Origin: a virus
Taxonomy: Duplodnaviria > Caudoviricetes
Virus record (IMG/VR): IMGVR_UViG_3300032243_001234
Span: 1 to 37,565 of that record
Reading direction: 5' to 3' (one strand)
Length of the DNA stretch: 37,565 nucleotides
The notes under the pieces are model-generated. The model ran no database searches. It saw only the letters and a program-made list of their open reading frames with translations, and was not told where the DNA came from. A program made the position numbers and the translations under genes. Below, one piece after another: positions 18,801 to 26,348 of the stretch (the stretch's first letter is position 1; each line of letters starts with the position of its first letter).

Positions 18801-19286
18801 AGGGTGAAAATATTATTTAGACCTGTTTGGTTCTGCGCCAGAAGAACAAGGTGACGACGCTTATTCAGGACATTCTTGTTTGAAGTCTTTGATTCGCCTT
18901 CATCTTCAACTGTGAGTGTTACTTCTTCTTCATCGGAGGAAGAAGCCTTTTTGGTAGCCTTTTGGTTTTCCTTGATCTGCTTCCATTCTGCGATAGAATG
19001 ATGAAAATAAGCTTCAACACCAAAGATTGGCTTGAAGCTAATTCCCTTTTCCTTCAACTTTTGTGCGTGAAGAACCTGATAAGGCAGGCCCGACATATTG
19101 CCGTGATCTGTCAAAGCAAGAGCATCCATGCCATTTTCATAAGCAAAGTCAATGTGTTCGTTTGGAAATCCAAGGCCATCAAAAATGGTTCCATTAGGAA
19201 AAGCCCGAATGTGCGTGAAGTCCGACGAACTTAATACGCGAAACGAGCCTTTCCTTGGAACCTCCTTTCTCATTTGTATCAGTCAT
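15824..19286 (-). CDS. dnaE: DNA polymerase III alpha subunit (DnaE, family C), interrupted after codon 30 by a stop and frame change
   Basis: Segment 1 (19286-19197) ends FVGLHAHSGFS. Segment 2 (from 19186) reads IFDG…ALTDHG…GVEAY…SACLGG…ADSHY…GRGSGAG…PDIDFD…HAGG…KFDVLGL…FQEQ…GYGFNKSHA. Confidence 0.95.
19187..19196 (-). other. 10-nt coding gap (TAATGGAACC) in dnaE; candidate bypass or frameshift element
   Basis: mRNA reads CAC GCA CAT TCG GGC TTT TCC [TAATGGAACC] ATT TTT GAT GGC. Removing the bracketed bases gives HAHSGFSIFDG, the canonical HxHSxYSLLDG spacing. Confidence 0.7.
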
Positions 19287-19288
19287 TT

Positions 19289-20092
19289 TTATCTTCCTTC
19301 CCAGTTAGAAATTTTGTGTTTAAACAGGTTGCGGAGAGTATAATACTTCTCCTCGTCTATCAAGTCAAGTTCGTACTGCGGATATTCTTTGATAAACAAT
19401 TCAATTTTGACTTTTGAATCATCATCAAACCATCCTTTTAATTCTACGAACTTATTATCACTTATTTTAAAGTCGGGAGTATAATGAGTTCCATTTGATA
19501 GTAAAAACGAATGTTTCTCATATTCCCAATCAATTTTTAATTCATTTAATATTCTGGCGTAGTTTGCTTCCCAATTACTTCTAAAATAGAAATCGTTTAA
19601 ATCCTTTCTTTTACCACCATTAGCACTTGAATATATAAGTGAAGGATTTTCTTGTAATAACTTTTTTCTACTCAAACTCATCAATTTTTTTGATGCATCA
19701 GAAACAACTTTATTTTTAAGAATATTTTTTAGATATTCTTTATTTTCTGGTACTTGTGCCCAATGTGAATATTTTGTCTTGTCGTATTTATTAAGACCTC
19801 TTGCTTCTCTTTTTTGTAAAAGAAGTTTTTGTTTTTCTCCATATTGAGAATTTTTTAATTTTCTTGTCTCAAATTCTTTTCTTTTCGCTTCTTCGGTTCT
19901 CACATAAGAATTATTTGCCATTCTTTTTTCAGTCATTAAAGAATTCGCACATTCTTTTGTACAACAAACATATTTGGGAGTTCTATATCCAGTTGGAGTT
20001 ATAGAACAAAATTCAATATTACAATTTTTACAAATTTTATGTCTTGCTTGCTGTCTTTTGTGAGAAAGATCCGAATTTACATTTTTTATCAT
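19289..20092 (-). CDS. Free-standing homing-endonuclease-like protein with C-terminal PD-(D/E)XK domain
   Basis: FRSNWEANYARIL…WEYE…YTPDF…FVELKGW; N-terminal CxxC…CC zinc motif; basic linker; more AT-rich than dnaE. Confidence 0.85.
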   Translation of the reverse strand: MIKNVNSDLSHKRQQARHKICKNCNIEFCSITPTGYRTPKYVCCTKECANSLMTEKRMANNSYVRTEEAKRKEFETRKLKNSQYGEKQKLLLQKREARGLNKYDKTKYSHWAQVPENKEYLKNILKNKVVSDASKKLMSLSRKKLLQENPSLIYSSANGGKRKDLNDFYFRSNWEANYARILNELKIDWEYEKHSFLLSNGTHYTPDFKISDNKFVELKGWFDDDSKVKIELFIKEYPQYELDLIDEEKYYTLRNLFKHKISNWEGR

Positions 20093-20128
20093 ATACTACT
20101 CCTTACATACTCATAGAGTAAGTAGTAT
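20093..20128 (-). promoter_or_regulatory. Hairpin overlapping the endonuclease RBS
   Basis: atactact-tactc-tat-gagta-tgtAAGG-AGtagtat-ATG: an 8-bp outer stem plus a 5-bp inner stem. Confidence 0.65.
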
Positions 20129-20155
20129 GATATAACTTTTCTATGGGTGTGTAAA
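20127..20155 (-). promoter_or_regulatory. Putative sigma70-type promoter for the endonuclease-dnaE unit
   Basis: TTTACA-N17-TATCAT. Confidence 0.55.
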
Positions 20156-20168
20156 GTACTAAATTAAT

Positions 20169-20420
20169 TTAACTAATCACCTCACCATCAAATTCATCTT
20201 GGTAGAAATGGTATTCTTTTCCATCAACTTGTGAAAGCCAGACATAAATATTAATATTTTCTCTTGAATGTTTTTCAACTTCGGTGACAATACCAAGTGT
20301 ATTTTTAAGGTGAGGAATAATGAATGCACCAATATGAAGGCGAAGGTGAGGGCAAATATCTTTTATAAGAAGCAGTTCACCAACTTGGTATTTAATCTTG
20401 GACGTTTTACGTTGAGCCAT
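20169..20420 (-). CDS. Small hypothetical protein, KOW/SH3-like
   Basis: KYQVGELLLI…LGIVTEV; AGGAG RBS. Confidence 0.7.
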   Translation of the reverse strand: MAQRKTSKIKYQVGELLLIKDICPHLRLHIGAFIIPHLKNTLGIVTEVEKHSRENINIYVWLSQVDGKEYHFYQDEFDGEVIS

Positions 20421-20431
20421 TTTAGCTCCTG

Positions 20432-20647
20432 TTAATTGATTACTTTGAGTTCTACTTCGTCAAACCAGTATTCGCGCTGCTTATCTTGTAACAGAACAAC
20501 GAATTTTTGTGCTGGTGCTGAATTGTCAGCAAATGTTGTGACTTTAACAACGTCAATGATAACACCAATAGTTCCACCGAATCTTTCGGTCATTGGTGAA
20601 TATTTCTCACGACTATTAAAGATTTCTACTAGATCGCCAATTTTCAT
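20432..20647 (-). CDS. Small hypothetical protein, KOW/SH3-like
   Basis: MKIGDLVEI…IGVIIDV. Confidence 0.7.
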   Translation of the reverse strand: MKIGDLVEIFNSREKYSPMTERFGGTIGVIIDVVKVTTFADNSAPAQKFVVLLQDKQREYWFDEVELKVIN

Positions 20648-20819
20648 CCACTTCTTCCAATTCAGACGCTAGAAAATAGAGCTGGCGATCACCCGTCAGA
20701 ACAGTATAAAACTTTATAATATGATTAATCGGCAAATCAGGATTCTGCTCCGATACAATAAGGCCGACAGTATTCTTAAAGTCTCCAACCCGAATAAAGA
20801 CTAGACTACCGATTTTCAT
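20616..20819 (-). CDS. Small hypothetical protein, KOW/SH3-like
   Basis: MKIGSLVFI…VGLIV. Confidence 0.7.
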   Translation of the reverse strand: MKIGSLVFIRVGDFKNTVGLIVSEQNPDLPINHIIKFYTVLTGDRQLYFLASELEEVDENWRSSRNL

Positions 20820-21187
20820 TTATTCCGCGCCTTTTTCTTAAACGGATCTGCTAGGAAGCTGTCCGTGTAGGATCCCATCGTAGCATACTCCTCGCCGGTT
20901 GTCAACTCACCTTCGAACATTATGTATTCTTTACCTGTCTGCTGTGAATACCAGATATACACATTATTTTCTTTTCTTCTTCTGAGGAATATATCTTGTG
21001 AAGGATATACTTCCATTATGATTCCAACGTTATTTGCTTCTTCCATAAAGAAAGGACGAGCATAACGTAAACGAATCATCCAATATGGCGCGTATTGATC
21101 AACATGTTGTGGATCTAATTCTCTTGGCTTTGAATAGATGGCAAGATCGCCAACTTCAAATTTTAAGCTTCGTTTTTGCCGTGCCAT
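20816..21187 (-). CDS. Hypothetical protein, KOW/SH3-like; paralogue of 20169-20420
   Basis: KFEVGDLAI…VGIIMEV…ENNVYIWYSQQTGKEY. Confidence 0.7.
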   Translation of the reverse strand: MARQKRSLKFEVGDLAIYSKPRELDPQHVDQYAPYWMIRLRYARPFFMEEANNVGIIMEVYPSQDIFLRRRKENNVYIWYSQQTGKEYIMFEGELTTGEEYATMGSYTDSFLADPFKKKARNK

Positions 21188-21471
21188 TCAACAGTAAGTA
21201 ATTGTGTAACAGAATTTGTTGTTACGTAAAATAGTGGATTTTTATTCTTAAACTGGACCGCTAGTTCCTGAAACATCTTTTGTGACAACTTGGAACAATC
21301 GTATGAAAACTTATCTTTTCCTGCTTCCGCTAGTCCTAAAACATTGTATTCAATATCTTCAATATAATACTGAACTCGTTTTAGTTCTTTTTCTGTCAAA
21401 GGAACTTCCTGTTTCTTAACAGTTGAAACTTCTTTTGTCATTTTTCGAATTGCCTGATAATCAAGTGTCAT
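21163..21471 (-). CDS. Hypothetical protein
   Basis: 102-aa ORF with GAGGA RBS. Confidence 0.7.
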   Translation of the reverse strand: MTLDYQAIRKMTKEVSTVKKQEVPLTEKELKRVQYYIEDIEYNVLGLAEAGKDKFSYDCSKLSQKMFQELAVQFKNKNPLFYVTTNSVTQLLTVEWHGKNEA

Positions 21472-21524
21472 ACGTTATTCCTCTTTAAATAATTAGGCAC
21501 AGATTCTAGCGGAATCCCATCCTA

Positions 21525-22496
21525 TCACGGTTCTTTTTCATCGTCAACCTCATCCGTGCCAACTTCTATTTCATTATCAACCCCGATTGGGTTAAATTCG
21601 TGGTATTCAAAACCAAATGTTGGTCGCTTTATTAAACGCTTATTCCCTGAACCAAGAAACTTACAGTAACCATCCCAAGTGCTTATGTCATTATGCCATT
21701 TAAGTTTTATTGTGTTTTCTTCTGTGACTGGTGCTGTATGAAAAACCTGTTCTGGCTTAATAAATCTGCCTGTGTATCTTTCACCTGTTGGAAGCTTTTC
21801 ACCAATGAACTTGCCGTTTTTCCATTCACCGTTTTTCCACAATAATTTTTCGTGTTCTCGAAAATTCTTCAAGTAGCCAACATATTCACTAGTATCAAGA
21901 GAGAAACCAACAAGAGCACCATCACGAATTGTTTTACCGTCTGGTGTTTCTAGGAAATGGCTTTGTTTGCTTGATATGTCCAAACGCTTTTCTTTTAAGC
22001 CACCTGCTGTATAAACAGAATACGGAAATGAAACATAGTATTTGTTTGGTGTTACCCATTTACTAAAATAGTGTGAAATGTGGTATGCTTTTCTTATGCC
22101 ATAAAAAATAGACCAAACAAGACCGTCACGCACATCACGATCCTTTGGATGAATTGGCACATAGTAAATGGGTATTTGCTTGAACTGCTGATTGAATCGT
22201 TGACTGTATTTACGTCGAATAGATGGGTTTATAACAGGATCATAAATCCAATCGCCCAAACGGTGTCTTAAAAGTGGTGTTGTTTCACGGTGCGAGACAA
22301 TCCAAATTGTTTCACAGCCCGCAACAGCACATTCATATATCGAGCGTTCAAAAGCAAGATAATTTGGTGCCAATGGCATCAAGCTTTCATGCCAAGGCAT
22401 ATTAAAATTCAATGGCTGTGTGGCAATTGGTATAATGCCTGCCAAGTGAAATTTGTTCTTATAACTTACCGGATTTTCTTCTAACTCTTCTTCCAT
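21525..22496 (-). CDS. Divergent sugar-phosphate nucleotidyltransferase-like protein
   Basis: LAGIIPIA…LMPLA…ECAVAGCETIWIV resembles the NTP-transferase N-terminus but lacks GxGTR. Confidence 0.55.
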   Translation of the reverse strand: MEEELEENPVSYKNKFHLAGIIPIATQPLNFNMPWHESLMPLAPNYLAFERSIYECAVAGCETIWIVSHRETTPLLRHRLGDWIYDPVINPSIRRKYSQRFNQQFKQIPIYYVPIHPKDRDVRDGLVWSIFYGIRKAYHISHYFSKWVTPNKYYVSFPYSVYTAGGLKEKRLDISSKQSHFLETPDGKTIRDGALVGFSLDTSEYVGYLKNFREHEKLLWKNGEWKNGKFIGEKLPTGERYTGRFIKPEQVFHTAPVTEENTIKLKWHNDISTWDGYCKFLGSGNKRLIKRPTFGFEYHEFNPIGVDNEIEVGTDEVDDEKEP

Positions 22497-23263
22497 TTAT
22501 ACATCTGCTTTAAAACAGTTCTAACATACTTGTTTTCACTTGTTAAATCGACGAAAACAGGGCTGGAATCAAAAAATTTTACCTCGCGTCTGTCAAATTC
22601 TAATTTGATTGGAGCGGTGCTTGGTTTGCCTGTTGACGAAAATCCAACCTTTTTACCTTTTAGTCCTGCGTCCTTCATCATTTGAACTGCCTTTAATCTT
22701 GAATAAACTTCACCGTGTCCTTCATCAAGCAATTCTTGTTTTGTCAAGAAAGATAAGCAAACAAGATCTTTTGGTATCTTCTCGTATTCAACGTCTGTTT
22801 GAAAATACAGTTTTGATTTGTTTTGTCTTTGCGAGGGATAAAATAAGATCTTCTGGACAAAACTGTCTTCACTGTCAATATGATAGAGTGAATGATGACC
22901 ACAGCTTCTTATATTGATCCAATCAATTACTTGATATAAGCCGTCATAAGCATTTTCATTTACTGTGAAATCGTGGATATTCTTACACTGGAATTCATAT
23001 GTCCACGCTCTTTTACCAGTTACTTTAACAATATCGTCTTTGATAGAGATGTTTTCTATCTTGTCTCCAAAATAGTTTAATCCTGCCATCGAAAGCAGGA
23101 AAGCGATATATTCTTGATAATCTCGTTTTGAGAAGTTATCATCTAAATAATCAAACTCAAAAGGCAAATCCAACTCCTTATACAGAATTGGATAGCCTTT
23201 TTTGAGAGCAAATTGTAATGCTTTTAAATTACCACCGATTACAATATTGTCCAGTTTTATCAT
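22481..23263 (-). CDS. Hypothetical protein with a degenerate Rossmann-like start
   Basis: DNIVIGGNLKALQFALKKG. Confidence 0.65.
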   Translation of the reverse strand: MIKLDNIVIGGNLKALQFALKKGYPILYKELDLPFEFDYLDDNFSKRDYQEYIAFLLSMAGLNYFGDKIENISIKDDIVKVTGKRAWTYEFQCKNIHDFTVNENAYDGLYQVIDWINIRSCGHHSLYHIDSEDSFVQKILFYPSQRQNKSKLYFQTDVEYEKIPKDLVCLSFLTKQELLDEGHGEVYSRLKAVQMMKDAGLKGKKVGFSSTGKPSTAPIKLEFDRREVKFFDSSPVFVDLTSENKYVRTVLKQMYKWKKS

Positions 23264-23279
23264 GGCCCGAAAGTAGATT

Positions 23280-23963
23280 TCACGAATTTCTTACTTCATT
23301 ATAAGCAGCCATAGTCTCTGGAAAAAGTTGCTGAACTATTTTTAACATAGCATTAGCAACTTGAACTATTTCCCATTGTGCTCCTTCATGAGAACGTAAT
23401 TCAATGAACTTGAGAATATTATTCAAGTTTGCTGAAGCATAGTATTCGGTATAAAGATTTTGTGGTAATACTCCTCTTGCTTGCTCACGACAAACCCCAG
23501 ATTCCATTAATTTATTATAGAGCTCTAAACTTTGTTGGTGATGTTCCGAAACGAGCTGATTAGCATCTTTACCGTCAATAACTGGATTAATTAGCTCATT
23601 TTCGTTACTTGCTTGACGATTGTTTTTGTGTTGTGTGCGAAATTGGTTTGGTTGATAAAATTCCATTTTTTCAGCAGTATAACGACGAGAAATTTCGTTA
23701 TATGACCAAGTGCGATGGCGATGATGCTGTGAACGAATAAATAATGGAACCTTTACACGAAAGGTTACAAAACAATGTTCTAGCGTTGATGTATGTTTGT
23801 GTTTAATAAGATAACGAATCAGTTTCCTGTCTTTATCATTAAGTTCTTCTTGATGAACGCCAAAGCTTACACGCGCACTATTGACAATCGTTAGATCATT
23901 TCCAACACTATCAACTAATTCTACTTTACCAATACCATCACCATACAGTTCAATGCTTTTCAT
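23280..23963 (-). CDS. thyX: Flavin-dependent thymidylate synthase
   Basis: ARVS, HTSTLEH, RHRTWSYNEISRRY, EQARGVLP and LRSHEGAQWEI. Confidence 0.97.
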   Translation of the reverse strand: MKSIELYGDGIGKVELVDSVGNDLTIVNSARVSFGVHQEELNDKDRKLIRYLIKHKHTSTLEHCFVTFRVKVPLFIRSQHHRHRTWSYNEISRRYTAEKMEFYQPNQFRTQHKNNRQASNENELINPVIDGKDANQLVSEHHQQSLELYNKLMESGVCREQARGVLPQNLYTEYYASANLNNILKFIELRSHEGAQWEIVQVANAMLKIVQQLFPETMAAYNEVRNS

Positions 23964-23970
23964 TTTTTCC

Positions 23971-24261
23971 TCATTTAAGCTTTTCAATCAAATCAAGATA
24001 GGCAAATTCGCCTTTTGCTCCAACGATCATACCAACAGGCTGACCATCTTTTAAGGCAAAAACCGTTGGAACAGATCGAACACCAAATTCTTCAGCAATC
24101 TGTGAACTTTCATCAATATCTACATCAAACACAGTTACGCCTGTTGTATTTTCGACCTTCTCTAAAACTGGCTTAACTGCTTTACAAGGGCCACACCAAG
24201 TAGCACCAAACTTAACAAGACAATTTCCAACTATTTCACTTTTATCTGTAACTGTTTTCAT
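23971..24261 (-). CDS. Thioredoxin
   Basis: WCGPC active site and SVPT. Confidence 0.95.
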   Translation of the reverse strand: MKTVTDKSEIVGNCLVKFGATWCGPCKAVKPVLEKVENTTGVTVFDVDIDESSQIAEEFGVRSVPTVFALKDGQPVGMIVGAKGEFAYLDLIEKLK

Positions 24262-24488
24262 TTCTTCCTCTTATTTTCTAGCAATTTCATTGCTTCTTCC
24301 AAAGAATAAAGCCATTTCATTTTATAATGAGCTTCACCCATAGCAAGACTATAAGCAAAATATAAATCTTTATCTATCTTTTTTCTATTTGCTAAATAAA
24401 TTCTTACTGTTTGATATGACACTGGAATATACCATCTTAATCGCCAAAGTTTAATATACCAAGGTTGATCTTGAAATCGATCTTTCAC
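24258..24488 (-). CDS. Hypothetical protein
   Basis: 76-aa ORF overlapping its neighbours. Confidence 0.65.
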   Translation of the reverse strand: MKDRFQDQPWYIKLWRLRWYIPVSYQTVRIYLANRKKIDKDLYFAYSLAMGEAHYKMKWLYSLEEAMKLLENKRKK

Positions 24489-24556
24489 TTACCTTCTCCG
24501 TGTTTTTCTAATATCCAGTTAATTGCTTCACCTTCTTCAATATTAATTTTGATCAT

Positions 24557-24769
24557 TTATTTCTCAACAACTTTAAACTCATTCTCAATACTAACAAAAG
24601 TTTTTTCAATACTGGATAATAGTTCTAATCCTCTTTTGAAATGTTCTCTATCTTGTGGAGAGTTAAGAGAGACAAGAAAATACTTTTCATATCTTTCCAG
24701 AATATCTTTTATATCTACAAGTGCTCTATTCGCATCCCAAATTTTTAAAAACAATTCTTGTTCATTCAT
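24557..24769 (-). CDS. Hypothetical protein
   Basis: 70-aa ORF with AAGGA RBS. Confidence 0.65.
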   Translation of the reverse strand: MNEQELFLKIWDANRALVDIKDILERYEKYFLVSLNSPQDREHFKRGLELLSSIEKTFVSIENEFKVVEK

Positions 24770-24991
24770 TTATTTATCCTTTATCCTTATCGTGATTAAC
24801 CCAAGTCAAATATCCAATACCAAAATTTAGTGTATGCCAATTTTCATCATCATCTTCATAGCAATCTACACTATAATGAAAGCCATTCTACAATTTTCTG
24901 GTGAATATTCCCAAAGTAAAAGAGGTATTTTTTAACATACCATTAATACCAAATCTACAAAAATACTTATCAGATGGGTAAATGAGGTTCA

Positions 24992-25237
24992 TTATTTATT
25001 CATCCATTCTTCCAGATCAACAATTTCATACCAATCAACTTCTCTACCGTCAATCTCATAATGTTTTCTTGTTTCTTTTATTTGACCTTTTCTTGGTCCT
25101 TTTGAAAAGTATTCGTGTGTTTCTTTTACTAATACTTTTGATTTTGCTTCTTCATATGTGTTAAAACAACCAACCCAATCATTTGTTCCACTCTGTGGAT
25201 AATAACATGCTCCGGCAATTAATAAAAACTTTTTCAC
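24992..25237 (-). CDS. Hypothetical protein
   Basis: 81-aa ORF, GTG start overlapping the upstream stop. Confidence 0.7.
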   Translation of the reverse strand: MKKFLLIAGACYYPQSGTNDWVGCFNTYEEAKSKVLVKETHEYFSKGPRKGQIKETRKHYEIDGREVDWYEIVDLEEWMNK

Positions 25238-25530
25238 TCTTTATCTCCTGGAATATCAACGATTAATTTTTCAATAACTTCCCAATAATCATCTTCGGTT
25301 AGGTATTGCCACTTATCCCATTTTGTGGTATTCAAGATATTCATTTCTAAAATCAAACTGGAAAACTCTTCTAAATCATCACATTTAAGTTTCTTTGATT
25401 TTCGTTGTTCAATCCCGTCAAGAAACAGGGAACGAAAACTAACAAGAAACACATTGAAACTATGTTTTGAAATCAAGTTTGCTAAATCTTTTTTACATTC
25501 AACAACCTTACTATTAAGTTTTGTCTGCAT
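25234..25530 (-). CDS. Hypothetical protein
   Basis: 98-aa ORF with GAGGA upstream. Confidence 0.65.
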   Translation of the reverse strand: MQTKLNSKVVECKKDLANLISKHSFNVFLVSFRSLFLDGIEQRKSKKLKCDDLEEFSSLILEMNILNTTKWDKWQYLTEDDYWEVIEKLIVDIPGDKE

Positions 25531-25738
25531 ATTTATTCTGAATTTCCTCTGCGAGAGATAGTAGATTCTTTATTGTATCATTACCTTCGCCATCTTGGAT
25601 TAGGTGAGAAGTGGTGATTTGTGCCACATTTACAAAATCTAGTAATTCATTAACTGCTTTTTGTAAATGGGCGATTTGGTTTTCTAAAAACATATTATTT
25701 AAACGCATAAATCCGTGCCTTGCCTGTAAGCATAGCAC
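25514..25738 (-). CDS. Hypothetical protein (true start likely downstream of the promoter)
   Basis: The ORF-track start lies inside the promoter. Confidence 0.5.
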   Translation of the reverse strand: MLCLQARHGFMRLNNMFLENQIAHLQKAVNELLDFVNVAQITTSHLIQDGEGNDTIKNLLSLAEEIQNKYADKT

Positions 25739-25757
25739 GGATCTAGCGGCTTGTCAA
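25729..25757 (-). promoter_or_regulatory. Sigma70-type promoter
   Basis: TTGACA-agccgctagatccgtgc(17)-TATGCT. Confidence 0.85.
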
Positions 25758-25765
25758 GCTAGCTC

Positions 25766-26230
25766 TTATTGTTTGTAATATAGTTCGGCTTCTGCTTGTC
25801 TGCGAATTGTTAGCCCTTTTAATACCTTTCCAGCAGCTTTATTCCATTTTAGGAACTCGTTCTTGATTAGTGGGTCACTTGGATTGGTATTTACCAGTTT
25901 AAGCAGTGTAGAGGATTTTAAAGAGCCTACACCAACATTATAAGCAAAGCATACAAGAGCATCAAACTGGTGTTGTGTTATATCATCTCTTGTATATGAA
26001 TCAACATACTTTTCAAATGTCTTTAACATATTTTGAAGAAGCTGTGTTGCTCTTTCTTCACTTATTACTGGATCTGTCACTTTTACTTTTGTTCCATCTT
26101 CGTAAAATGTTGCACCATAACCAATTGTTGGAACATTTGCAGGACAAAGATATGGTTGAGCACAGAAGCCTTCAAACTTCTTTATAAGTTCTAATGCTTC
26201 TTTTGAAACTTTTGTTATTTTCTCTGCCAT
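25766..26230 (-). CDS. GH24 lysozyme (endolysin); in-frame TTG extension possible to 26299
   Basis: LIKKFEG…PYLCPANVPTIGYG, QFDALVCFAYNVG and GLTIRRQAE; GGAG before ATG 26230. Confidence 0.95.
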   Translation of the reverse strand: MAEKITKVSKEALELIKKFEGFCAQPYLCPANVPTIGYGATFYEDGTKVKVTDPVISEERATQLLQNMLKTFEKYVDSYTRDDITQHQFDALVCFAYNVGVGSLKSSTLLKLVNTNPSDPLIKNEFLKWNKAAGKVLKGLTIRRQAEAELYYKQ

Positions 26231-26300
26231 ATTTAAAATCTCCAATGAATCGCTCTTTATAAATATGGTTAACAATAACAATAATATTAACTTTTTCAAA

Positions 26301-26332
26301 ATATAAACCTACCTGTAAAGGTAGGTTTATAT
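26301..26332 (-). terminator. Perfect 14-bp hairpin between the two lysin genes
   Basis: atataaacctacct-ttac-aggtaggtttatat followed by TTT. Confidence 0.65.
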
Positions 26333-26348
26333 GATACAGACAGATTTG

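Noticed and set aside
19187-19196. Self-splicing intron or intein explaining the dnaE break
   Set aside because: Ten nt is far too short for a ribozyme, no placement of the gap ends in the terminal G of a group I intron, and no intein motifs are present.
20141-20163. Minus-strand FSTLHTH as a distant dnaE first exon (endonuclease inside a group I intron)
   Set aside because: It is preceded by an in-frame TAA with no start codon and coincides with a promoter. A better HAHSGFS segment lies downstream of the endonuclease, and there is no room for an intron core.
24773-24991. Possible degraded small gene
   Set aside because: Only short fragments in different frames with no recognisable homology; the boundaries cannot be supported.
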